From Methanoregulaceae archaeon (lineage in GTDB: Archaea > Halobacteriota > Methanomicrobia > Methanomicrobiales > Methanospirillaceae), in contig JBEKCC010000003.1 in assembly GCA_050015095.1 (NCBI GenBank), positions 27,388 to 91,387 on the forward strand: DNA of 64,000 nucleotides. The letters are read 5' to 3'. The stretch's first letter is position 1; each line of letters begins with the position of its first letter. The notes under the pieces were generated by a model. That model did not search any database. It was not told the origin of the DNA and saw only the letters and a program-made list of their open reading frames with translations. The position numbers and the translations under genes are program-made. Below, piece after piece: positions 30,717-39,666 of the stretch.

Positions 30717-30884
30717 ATGAGTTTTGAGTTAATACCAAAGCCCAAGCTATTTGGAATAAGTATGGTAATTGCCGGGATCTTCTACCTTATTTTTGGTCAA
30801 TTATTTGAAGAATTTTTCAATTATTTGGGTTATACCTTCATCTGTGGAGGAGTTATCATCTTTCTAATAAATCGAAATCAATGA
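30717..30884 (+). CDS. 55-aa two-TM membrane peptide (shorter than the ORF-track entries)
   Basis: The sequence is MSFELIPKPKLFGISMVIAGIFYLIFGQLFEEFFNYLGYTFICGGVIIFLINRNQ. A T9 tract follows directly (30885-30893). Confidence 0.3.
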   Translation: MSFELIPKPKLFGISMVIAGIFYLIFGQLFEEFFNYLGYTFICGGVIIFLINRNQ

Positions 30885-30990
30885 TTTTTTTTTAAAAGGG
30901 GGTTTTTTCACATTTATCCAAATCACATGTTGGATACAATAACTGCCAATTAAGGCCCCCCAATCAATCAAAATTTTATTGTCTGTCTAT

Positions 30991-31501
30991 TTATCCACGT
31001 TTATACCCAAACTTCCGGAGCAGTCCCGTTCGCCACGCAATCCCATCCGGACCCTCAACCCCTTTTGGTTTTAAACCATCTATCACGCCCATTATTCCCC
31101 GGCCCTGCGAAGATTCAGCAATCACAACTTCTGCGGGATTTGCCGTTGCGCAATAGATAGTGCAAACCTCTTGGATGTTTTTTATCGCGTTCAAAACATT
31201 AATCGGAAAACAATCCCGTAAGATTACGATGAATGAGTGCCCAGCACCAATTGCAAGGGCATTTTCCCGTGCTATCGCTTTTAGTTCTTCATCGTTGCCA
31301 TCTATTCGTACAAGACAGTCACCAGACGACTCACAAAAGGCAAGCCCGAACTTTGCGTTCGGGAACCGATCCCGCAACAGCCTCATAAATATCCTCCACG
31401 GTTTTGATGAAATGGGACTGCCCTAAGATGACGTTCACGTTCTCTGGCTTTTGAATTTTTACAACCTTGAACTCTACCAATTTATCCATCATTTTTGCCA
31501 T
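30991..31501 (-). pseudogene. adenosine-specific kinase family gene interrupted by a 1-nt frameshift near 31360
   Basis: The N-terminal part MAKMMDKLVEFKVVKIQKPENVNVILGQSHFIKTVEDIYEAVAGSVP is in one frame. The remainder, NAKFGLAFCESSGDCLVRIDGNDEEL...GRGIMGVIDG...GYKRG, is in another. The junction is ...gtt ccc g aac gca aag.... Confidence 0.65.
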
Positions 31502-31613
31502 ATCAGTGAAATGGATACGTCCGAAGATAAATGGGTTATTGTGCAACAGAGCTAATCCATCTAAAAAGCATATCACTCCAGCCAACGTAGAGATGAGATG
31601 GGACTGTGGTAGC

Positions 31614-32912
31614 ATGGTCGACACCTACGTAACCAGCGGTGAATCATTTATCCTCACTACCCACAGGATTAGTATCAACTTTATCTTTTACGATATGATG
31701 CTCACCACCCAGCGCCTCATTTTTATTAACAGTTTATATACCCAGTTCGAACCCAAGGTGATCTTACTTTCGAACATACAGTCAGTAAAGGGAGGGAAAA
31801 TTGCAACCGGTGAATCGGTTATAACAATCTCTTTCATCGATACGAGCAGCACCGGCGATTTGCAACCGATAAACCTCATTTTCACCCAGCAATCCGGTGA
31901 ACAAAGAAAGCAGGAACGTGATGAATGGCTAAAAATACTCATGGAACATGTCGTATCGGTACGCGAGCAGGCAATTCTCAGCGACATACTACCCGCTGAA
32001 AAGAGGTTAGAAACACGACCTTCAGGGGCAACTCAGCGCCCGATTGAAATGGCTATCCCCCACAAAACAATTAGTGAGAGCCCTCCAGAACCGGATAAAT
32101 TTGTTGTACTTCCTGATGAACCTGAATTACCGGTTATTTCTGAGGAGAAACTAGGATCTCGAGCCATAGAGCCTCTTGTAAAACCTGTTGTTGAAACGCC
32201 ACCGGATGCTCCTGAAAAAGATACAAAATTTCGGGATAAAAACACCGCCGTAACACCAGTAGTAGATGAGTCCCCCGTCGCTCTTGAACAAGAATCCCCG
32301 AATACAGTAACTATTCAAATACCGGAAATTGTAGGATCTGTAGAACCGTCTGCACCAGAGGCAGCGCCACAGGTCTCCGGGTCTCGTCCCCCACGTCGTG
32401 CACTCCGTTCTGGATTGCACACACTCGTTGCGGTCACTGCAATCATCATCGTTATTCTTGCAATAATTGGGGGGGTGTCGCTCTATTTGCATTACGTACC
32501 GGGAAAAAATGTAGAATCCCTTGCACCACCGGTCATCACCACACAACCCCTACCGTTGATACCCACACCTGCTCAAATTACAATTCCTAAAAATGGTGTT
32601 TGGGTACGAGTTGAGTATAACGGCACCTTTACCGGAAGGTACGGAAATCCCGGGTCGCTGTTGCCGGTAGGAGGTTCTGGTGATCAGTTTTATATGGTAC
32701 GGAATAGTGAAGGTTTGGTGCAGGCATCTTTCCAGAAGCAGGACAATTCAGGACAGACTCTCGCTGTTGGGATCTACAGAAACGGTGAGCTGATTTACCG
32801 TCGAACGATTAGAACCCCGATGGGTACCATTGAATTTCTTATTGATCCAAAAACGGGAAATCCACCCGGAATCCCATTCACATCACAAATGCGGGTAATT
32901 GAATATAATTAA
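31614..32912 (+). CDS. PH/GRAM-like head, Pro-rich linker, TM and conserved ectodomain protein (paralogue 2)
   Basis: The likely start is MVDTYVTSGESFILTTH at 31614. The head ends in TQQSGEQRKQERDEWLKILMEHV. The ectodomain reads NGVWVRVEYNGTFTGRYG..GSGDQFYM..FQKQDNSGQTLAVGIYRNG. Confidence 0.7.
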   Translation: MVDTYVTSGESFILTTHRISINFIFYDMMLTTQRLIFINSLYTQFEPKVILLSNIQSVKGGKIATGESVITISFIDTSSTGDLQPINLIFTQQSGEQRKQERDEWLKILMEHVVSVREQAILSDILPAEKRLETRPSGATQRPIEMAIPHKTISESPPEPDKFVVLPDEPELPVISEEKLGSRAIEPLVKPVVETPPDAPEKDTKFRDKNTAVTPVVDESPVALEQESPNTVTIQIPEIVGSVEPSAPEAAPQVSGSRPPRRALRSGLHTLVAVTAIIIVILAIIGGVSLYLHYVPGKNVESLAPPVITTQPLPLIPTPAQITIPKNGVWVRVEYNGTFTGRYGNPGSLLPVGGSGDQFYMVRNSEGLVQASFQKQDNSGQTLAVGIYRNGELIYRRTIRTPMGTIEFLIDPKTGNPPGIPFTSQMRVIEYN

Positions 32913-33258
32913 AGATTGCGCACGACCCGGCACTCCAGATACAATAACCCGACCGGTGGGTTTGCGTCAAAGCGAATACGAAGAAATTGAATTTTTAGGG
33001 ATGAATAGATTCATTCGGCAGTATCGGTGGGGGTTGTTGAAGATGGCGTATGCCGATTATAACAACAACTATAATTAATAAAATAACTATAACGGCTTCC
33101 AATATTTCAAGCCAATTAACTTTCATACACTCTGATTGCCGTCTTGGTTGATATAAGTTTAGAGTGTGTTATATAATTTTGTACTCCTAGTACCAACATT
33201 CGTGTACTGGATATGTGCGGTTCGAGACCAATATTGAGTATTTTATGTGAGTATTATA

Positions 33259-33399
33259 TTACCTGTTATCTCTCAATTGTACTTTTTTTCCACATGTTGG
33301 ACATTGATAAATCGAATTGCCACGACCATCTGTCCACACCCGTTCCATCGGTATCCCATCATGGTTGTTATCACAATACGGTGTTTGGAATTCCCCCAT
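33259..33399 (-). CDS. 46-aa zinc-ribbon-like peptide (shorter than the ORF-track entries)
   Basis: The sequence is MGEFQTPYCDNNHDGIPMERVWTDGRGNSIYQCPTCGKKVQLRDNR. A purine-rich GGGATGAAAAT stretch lies directly before the ATG. Confidence 0.3.
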   Translation of the reverse strand: MGEFQTPYCDNNHDGIPMERVWTDGRGNSIYQCPTCGKKVQLRDNR

Positions 33400-33827
33400 A
33401 TTTTCATCCCTTAACTGAAAAAGATGTGTTATCTAAAAGAATTTATCATTATTGAATAATTTCGTGTATCCCGCACTCCAAGTACTTTCTCGTCATAACT
33501 TACTATAGGAAAGGAAGATTCGTTATCTTAAAATGGATTCTGCATATGCCATCACAAAAGTTTTGTCCATTAAACTAAGGATTCCTCTTACAATCACTCA
33601 TCTTCGGGTATATCGGGTATTTTTAGACGTATGGATTTTGTAAGACGATTTAACATTTTATTGTCCCCATTGCGATCAGAAATACATCATGTATAATTTA
33701 CAAATTGTAATGTATAAGTGATTAATAGAAATGTTTATATTACAAAATGTAAAATAAACTGTACAAGGTGTGAGTACATTCTTCCCATGCTTACACCTAC
33801 AGGAACAACAACGAGGAGAATTTCAGT

Positions 33828-34499
33828 ATGAACACCCCGAATACACGTGCCGGAGTTCTATCAGTATTCTCTATAGCATTGTCTTCCTTGGGACGAGTTA
33901 GTAGCCCAGTTGATACAGCGATAATGACGTCCCCCCCTTTTAATAGCAGCGTTCACTCCGGCACAGGATCGGGTCATCATCCATCAATTGAAGCAGTTAT
34001 CAACTGCCTTGAACAAAAGGGAGTTAATGTCAGTCAAGTAAAAACAGCCCTTCAGAATGGCGATACCGTAGCAGTAAAAGCTTGGTTTGAGTCTTATCGT
34101 CAAGCACATCAAGGTGAGATTGTGGATTCTGCGAAGCAACAACAGAGACTTCAGACTTTCATCACACACCTTGAACAAAAGGGAGTCGATGTGAGTCAAT
34201 TGAAGACCGCACTCCAAAATAGTGATGCGGCAGCTATGAAAGCTTGGTTTGAAGCTTCCCGTCAGGAACATATGAAGAAGATAGTCAATCACCCCCAACA
34301 GTTAGATCCCCAGAAAATCATTACCCGACTTGAAGGGGAAGGCGTTGATGTGAGTCAAGTGAAAACTGCACTCCAATATGGAGATACTGCCACAGTAAAC
34401 GCTTGGCTCAAGTCTTACTTTGAATCTCACAAAGGTGAAACAGCTACTCATCGACCATGTGGGCACACTCAAGCAACAAAGATTAGCCAGCAATTATAA
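33828..34499 (+). CDS. secreted helical protein with three tandem 53-54-aa repeats
   Basis: GGAG lies upstream of the ATG and the N-terminus is signal-like. The repeats are LEQKGVNVSQVKTALQNGDTVAVKAWFESY, LEQKGVDVSQLKTALQNSDAAAMKAWFEAS and LEGEGVDVSQVKTALQYGDTATVNAWLKSY. Confidence 0.6.
   Translation: MNTPNTRAGVLSVFSIALSSLGRVSSPVDTAIMTSPPFNSSVHSGTGSGHHPSIEAVINCLEQKGVNVSQVKTALQNGDTVAVKAWFESYRQAHQGEIVDSAKQQQRLQTFITHLEQKGVDVSQLKTALQNSDAAAMKAWFEASRQEHMKKIVNHPQQLDPQKIITRLEGEGVDVSQVKTALQYGDTATVNAWLKSYFESHKGETATHRPCGHTQATKISQQL
34008..34490 (+). repeat. three in-frame tandem coding repeats (units begin at 34008, 34170 and 34329; periods 162 and 159 nt)
   Basis: The string cttgaacaaaagggagt[t/c]/cttgaaggggaaggcgt recurs at these positions. 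Confidence 0.7.
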
Positions 34500-34609
34500 A
34501 GGAAAAACACCTCATATACCACCTTATTTTTTTTGCAAAATGATGACGAAAAGTTGCATTGTCATAATGTAGACAAATCTTGCTTTTTAGATCTTTACAC
34601 TTAGAACAG

Positions 34610-35884
34610 TTAGGACTTTTTGGGGGGGTAATGGTCTTTGCAATACGTTTTGCCATCGCTCCCAACAAATGGGGGTAGCTCTTTTTTTCCGCAAACAGAA
34701 CAGGCATGTGACTCTGGGAAATCAGTATCGCTCAATCGGATTACACCAACCTCTTGCATTCTTGTAGATTTTTCTTCCATTGAATCTTTACTGACAGCAA
34801 TATCCCGTTTATCATCACTTATATGGCTTTTCGCTATATCAGACGGTGTTGGAGAAATGACGTCGGAACCGCTTACCATATTTCGACTCGCACTCATCTC
34901 GTAAATTTTTTTCAGGTAGGATAGCTGTTCCTCCTCAAGCTTTGCTGGTCGGGTTATAAATTGTTGAAAGAGAGATTGGGCATTCTTCGGGTTCGGTATT
35001 CCATAAAGACAATCAAGGGGGTATCGTGATGCTTCCTCGCGACCTCGTGCATACCCAATCATCGCTCCCATACTATCCTTCTGTCCTGTTGCCCCAACTC
35101 CCCTAATCGATGTTTCTGCCCCCCAACGAGCGATAGTCTGTGGAATTACCGTTCCGTAGTTAAACATGGATCCAAAAAAATCCTGCTCCATGACAATCCT
35201 GCCAATTTGGATGTGGGGGATCATATGCTCCTGTTTTTTCCAAACGCCACCTGACATCCACACGCCATCCTTTGTGATGGTGTATCGGATTGATCGCCGG
35301 AATTTTTCGGACCATGCGATAGCAATAATGGTTCCAATAACACTGAATGGCTGAACCAGGAACGCTATCCATTGGAGAAATAGTATCAAGTAATTGCTTG
35401 ACATTGCTGGAGGGTATCCCGTCACATTTGCCACCAATATTCCAATCACGGTGCTCATGCCCAAGGTTAGTGCTGTACCTGTCCACATTTCAGTGATTCG
35501 TAATACCCACCCGATACACGCGAAAAGAATGAATATTCCAATCGGGGCGACCATGAAGATCGTAATAGTCGTTGCATCAATCATACCTGCAGAATATTGA
35601 TTCATGAGGGATGTTGGATGAAGATTCATGAAACCCGGTACTCCAGAAGGAACTGACGGGATTGTCGTAGTTACTATCGAAGTAACTGTTGATGATGCTA
35701 AATGGAAGATACTATCCAGAAGCATTCTTGTAAAAAATGATACAATAACAAGGATTATCGGCGTGAAAGCCATCAGATATTTGTAAATAAAACTTTTGAA
35801 AACCGGACTGGTGGAAAGAAGAACCAGGTCATTACTCTCATCTGGATTGTGATTAGGATCGATATGTGTTACTTGACCTTCCAT
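34610..35884 (-). CDS. membrane protein with a bacterial-type PH (bPH_2/YdbT-like) domain and a C-terminal zinc-finger tail
   Basis: Several TM helices are present. The bPH-like part reads YTITKDGVWMSGGVWKKQEHMIPHIQIGRIVMEQDFFGSMFNYGTV. The C-terminus reads CSVCGKKELPPFVGSDGKTYCKDH. Confidence 0.55.
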   Translation of the reverse strand: MEGQVTHIDPNHNPDESNDLVLLSTSPVFKSFIYKYLMAFTPIILVIVSFFTRMLLDSIFHLASSTVTSIVTTTIPSVPSGVPGFMNLHPTSLMNQYSAGMIDATTITIFMVAPIGIFILFACIGWVLRITEMWTGTALTLGMSTVIGILVANVTGYPPAMSSNYLILFLQWIAFLVQPFSVIGTIIAIAWSEKFRRSIRYTITKDGVWMSGGVWKKQEHMIPHIQIGRIVMEQDFFGSMFNYGTVIPQTIARWGAETSIRGVGATGQKDSMGAMIGYARGREEASRYPLDCLYGIPNPKNAQSLFQQFITRPAKLEEEQLSYLKKIYEMSASRNMVSGSDVISPTPSDIAKSHISDDKRDIAVSKDSMEEKSTRMQEVGVIRLSDTDFPESHACSVCGKKELPPFVGSDGKTYCKDHYPPKKS

Positions 35885-36099
35885 TCTTCAACCCCAATGT
35901 GTAATTGAAAATATCTAATGAAATTTATTCCTATGTTGTTTTCAAAATATTGGACAATCTCTGGATCCATCAGCACTTCAAGTAATATTACCTGAACGCT
36001 TGTTACACTTCAATACCTCGCTGAAGGTAAGTTCAATTCGTGAATATTGTTATAACTGAGATAATAACCCAATGAGATCAACCAGTGTAGTTAGAAACA

Positions 36100-36915
36100 A
36101 TGAGAAAACATCGTTCCTTACAGAAAGCCCATTCATCTCCATTATTGGAATTCGGGAATGTCACGGTCATAAAAGGTGACAAAAAAGTTCTGGATTCTGT
36201 ATCGGTAACGATCTATGAGGGCGAGAATATCGCAATCCTCGGGCCCAATGGGTCGGGAAAATCATCGTTCATAAAAACAATTACAAGAGAATACTATCCG
36301 CTTGTGCAGGACAATGATGTTACCTTTCGGATCTGGGGGCGGGATCAGTGGGACGTCTTTGATCTCCGACCTCTGCTCGGTATTGTCTCAAATGAGTTAC
36401 AGTATCGGTTTACCCAAGACATGTCCGGTATGGATGTGATCATATCAGGATTTTTCAGTAGCATCGGTCTCTTCCGGCAAGAAGTAACTGAGGAAATGGC
36501 AAGAAAAGCAGACGAGATCCTTGCGTTTCTGGAAATCGATCACCTCAAAGACCGACCAATGAATGAGATGTCATCCGGGGAAGCTCGACGATTTTTGATC
36601 GGTAGGGCATTGATTCATGATCCTAAGGCACTCGTTCTTGATGAACCAACCAACAGCCTAGATTTGCATGCACGCCATACGTTCCAAAATATTCTCCGGA
36701 AAATAACACGGTCCGGGATAGGTCTCATCTTGGTAACGCATAACCTTCAAGATATCGTTCCTGAAATATCCCGCGTCATTTTGATGAAAGACGGCATGTT
36801 TTATAAAAATGGCCCGAAAACGGCAATCCTCACGGATGAAAACATAGGTTTACTTTTTAATGTCCCGGTCCACATAAAACAAGAAAACGGGTATTATTTC
36901 GCAACGGTAAACTGA
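36100..36915 (+). CDS. orphan ABC-transporter ATP-binding protein (ModF/YlmA-like)
   Basis: Walker A is GPNGSGKSS, the signature is MSSGEARR, and Walker B is LVLDEPTNSLD. No adjacent permease gene is present. Confidence 0.8.
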   Translation: MRKHRSLQKAHSSPLLEFGNVTVIKGDKKVLDSVSVTIYEGENIAILGPNGSGKSSFIKTITREYYPLVQDNDVTFRIWGRDQWDVFDLRPLLGIVSNELQYRFTQDMSGMDVIISGFFSSIGLFRQEVTEEMARKADEILAFLEIDHLKDRPMNEMSSGEARRFLIGRALIHDPKALVLDEPTNSLDLHARHTFQNILRKITRSGIGLILVTHNLQDIVPEISRVILMKDGMFYKNGPKTAILTDENIGLLFNVPVHIKQENGYYFATVN

Positions 36916-37022
36916 TGCGGTACATGGGTTGAATCAAAATGATATCGTTGAAATCAGTTGAATTATATATTAAAGAAACCCTCAAATCGATAATGTTCAT
37001 TCACCAAGTTTTTAGCACTATA

Positions 37023-38234
37023 TTACGCACGTGAACGATAAGGAATCAATTTATCCATGATCGTATATATGGCACCGGACTCTAATATAACGATCACTTG
37101 AAGACGATCCGTTCCTCTAGTGCCCTGCAACGTGATCTCAGACAGTTGTTGGTCGAAATTAAGTTTCCCTTGGGTAACCGTACCATCGGATCTTGTCAGG
37201 ATCACCTGGTTGTCCTTAACAAATCCTTGCCCTGGACCACCACCGAATTTAACATTGATTTCAGCAGTGATGGAATTCTTTTCAACCTCAAGGTAAAGCT
37301 CGTTTCCTTTTGGTAATACTTGGGTCGGGGCAGTCGTTAGCGTCGCAGTATTTATTCTTGTATTCTGGCTTCGATAATCTACAGTCATAGTATCTGAAGA
37401 ATTCGGAAAAAGTAATCCCCCACCTCGCTCGTTTTGTGAGCTAGTGGGACTCTGGGACGGTGAAGCAATCATCGGGATGATTAAATACAGTGCAATGAGC
37501 ACAACAATCAGCATGCCTGTACCAACAAGCACCCGCCTCTTTTGCGAGAAGATTGATCGTGGTGAAGGCTCCTTAGGTGGGACTGGCTTTGGTATTGAAA
37601 CTGGCTGAACCGTCTTTTGTACTACTGGAGAGGGCACCACTGGTGATGATTCAAGAGCTGATGTTGAAGATACAGGAGCACCGCATGCATCACAGAATTT
37701 TGCGTTTGGCGAAAACGGTGTCTTGCAGGCGGAGCAGACCGATGTTTCCCTGCTCTGTGCAAGAATATTCTCAATTGTTCCGGCAAGTTCATCAAAATGG
37801 TTTTCGAGAGGGGGTGTAACAGCATCAAGCCAATGACGGACACCGATGAGGTACTCCATTGACCGCGAGGGCTGGATATCTTCGATTCGGAATGGAACAA
37901 TATTACGTCCTTTGTTTACGGCATTCGTTAATTCCCTGATAACATGGGGAGAGTTATTCGCATGCGACGAAAATATCAAAACAACAATGCGACATTGTTC
38001 AATTGCTTTGACAATCGAATCCGGAAAATCGCTCCCAGGGGGTACATCTCGAGGAGCAATCCAGCACTTGATATTTCGGGATTCAAGTTTGGCGCATATC
38101 GCATCTGCAACCGGCTTGTCTTTCTGTGCATAGCTGATGAATACGTCATTGCGGGGGGGATTAGATCGATTCAATTCATCAGAGATCAACATACAAGACT
38201 CAATAGTGGTTTTAACGTACTCTACGATATTCAC
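37023..38234 (-). CDS. TIR domain, zinc ribbon, Pro-rich linker, TM and pilin-like ectodomain protein
   Basis: Residues 30-~125 are TIR_2-like: DVFISYAQKDKPVADAICAKLESRNIKCWIAPRDV...IVVLIFSSHANNSPHVIRELTNA, with candidate catalytic Glu101. The zinc ribbon is CSACKTPFSPNAKFCDACG (167-184). The TM helix spans 234-256. The ectodomain spans 257-403. Confidence 0.8.
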   Translation of the reverse strand: MNIVEYVKTTIESCMLISDELNRSNPPRNDVFISYAQKDKPVADAICAKLESRNIKCWIAPRDVPPGSDFPDSIVKAIEQCRIVVLIFSSHANNSPHVIRELTNAVNKGRNIVPFRIEDIQPSRSMEYLIGVRHWLDAVTPPLENHFDELAGTIENILAQSRETSVCSACKTPFSPNAKFCDACGAPVSSTSALESSPVVPSPVVQKTVQPVSIPKPVPPKEPSPRSIFSQKRRVLVGTGMLIVVLIALYLIIPMIASPSQSPTSSQNERGGGLLFPNSSDTMTVDYRSQNTRINTATLTTAPTQVLPKGNELYLEVEKNSITAEINVKFGGGPGQGFVKDNQVILTRSDGTVTQGKLNFDQQLSEITLQGTRGTDRLQVIVILESGAIYTIMDKLIPYRSRA

Positions 38235-38266
38235 TGTTTTGGTGATCTTTGGACGGATATTTGTTA

Positions 38267-39355
38267 CTACGATCCTAACCGTACAATTTTCAGGTTCACT
38301 TTTGCAAGGATACCAGGCAATGTACGTATGGTATTTCGATCTTTTTCTTTCTGTAGTTCAGAGAGTTGTTCCCATGGCACCAGACAATCATGTGTTTTTG
38401 TTGCATGGTTTACGTTAGACCCGTATTTCCAGCCTTTGGATACTCGTTCATTCATCCATCGTTCATGTTCGTATCGTGCAAGTACTTCAATTTCATCGTT
38501 TGAGAATTTAAAAGGGGGTTCATTTTTTTCGGAAGAAAACCCGATTGCGCATTGGATCAAGTGTAATTTTCTCCAGATACCATCGACCTGTTTGAGATTG
38601 GAGTCCTGTATGTTTCTGGGTAATTCGTTCCAGGGAAGCATCGAAGGATTTGTTTGAGGATTTATTCCCAACTTTTTCTGCTGTTCGAGATACTCTTCAT
38701 GAATTGCCCGTGCCACGAGCTCGTGTGTTCCCTTGAAACCAACATCGTAATACTTTTTGAGGACGTTTCTAACCTTTTCTGATTCGACCCACCCTTTATC
38801 GAGATTCGATATAAGATTGTCGATAAGTTTTGTTTGTTTAAGTATTTTTTCTTGATAGGACCCCTCTTCAAGAGTTACTAATCCTGTTATTATTTGAATG
38901 GGGTTGCGAATTTGATCATTTAAGATTTGAAACTGCTCCATATTTTTTTCAATTTGTTCATAGGCATCTCGTTTCAAGCGCTCCATTTCGACTTGTTCGG
39001 TGATATCCAACCCAAATACAATGGCTCGTTGTATGTCTCCTTTTGTCTGTTTGTATGGTATTATATCAAATTTCAGGGTTTTTTTACCAGAATTTTGGAT
39101 ATCAATAGTGCAAATTAATCCTGTTTTTATTTCACGGCTTGTTATAGTCGTATGAATATCTTGTAAAAATTCATCCTTTTCGTCAGGGAATAAACACACG
39201 ATGTTCTTTTCTCCGGTCTGAACGTTCGCTGATTTGAACAAATCCTCACACGCACGGTTTTCCCACACGATGGTTCCGTCGTCATTGACAAAAAAAAGGA
39301 GTGCTGGAAGCGTATTTAAGAGATTATTAAAATTTTCATCATTTTCTTCAATCAC
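38267..39355 (-). CDS. PAS domain, degenerate His-kinase DHp (no phospho-acceptor His) and two RyR-type repeats
   Basis: The PAS domain covers about aa 8-120. The H-box-like LNDQIRNPIQ lacks His. The RyR-like units are ELVARAIHEEY..LPWNELPRNIQDSNLKQVDGIWRKL and LARYEHERWMNERVSKGWKYG...HDCLVPWEQLSELQKEKDRNTIRTLPGIL. The gene ends 32 nt upstream of the TIR gene on the same strand. Confidence 0.75.
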   Translation of the reverse strand: MIEENDENFNNLLNTLPALLFFVNDDGTIVWENRACEDLFKSANVQTGEKNIVCLFPDEKDEFLQDIHTTITSREIKTGLICTIDIQNSGKKTLKFDIIPYKQTKGDIQRAIVFGLDITEQVEMERLKRDAYEQIEKNMEQFQILNDQIRNPIQIITGLVTLEEGSYQEKILKQTKLIDNLISNLDKGWVESEKVRNVLKKYYDVGFKGTHELVARAIHEEYLEQQKKLGINPQTNPSMLPWNELPRNIQDSNLKQVDGIWRKLHLIQCAIGFSSEKNEPPFKFSNDEIEVLARYEHERWMNERVSKGWKYGSNVNHATKTHDCLVPWEQLSELQKEKDRNTIRTLPGILAKVNLKIVRLGS

Positions 39356-39508
39356 ATTGATCCCTCAACTTTAGCAATTGATTGTTATACAGAAAACCCA
39401 CTATTTATGAAAATTTTATCTAAACAGCATTCGGTAACTCTGTATTTGTACTTATTGAATTACATAAGACCAAAAAGGATGCATTATGGGATTAATTTTG
39501 CAAAATTT

Positions 39509-39544
39509 AAAAAAAATCATAGTGAGAACTGGATCCTCACTATG
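39509..39544 (-). terminator. perfect 9-bp hairpin followed by a T8 tract (read on the minus strand), downstream of 39667..40128
   Basis: On the + strand: A8 (39509-39516), then catagtgag-aactggatc-ctcactatg (39518-39544). Confidence 0.45.
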
Positions 39545-39666
39545 GGAAGGAAACTAAAGGGGAATTACTCGTTGCTGGTATCCCCTTGCGAAAGAATTCA
39601 CACCGCTTAAGTTGCTGAGCCATCTGGTAGGATGGTGGCGGGGTTCACGATTGTGCTAGCTGTACT

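Noticed and set aside
31467-31613. N-terminal 49-codon extension of the PH-like paralogue 2 ORF
   Set aside because: The extension overlaps the 5' part of the opposite-strand adenosine-specific-kinase gene. Homology to the other two paralogues begins only at the internal MVDTYVTSGESFIL (31614).
37944-38657. 237-aa plus-strand ORF spanning the TIR / PAS-RyR junction
   Set aside because: It is antisense to two ORFs with clear domain signatures and crosses their intergenic gap. The translation has no recognisable features.
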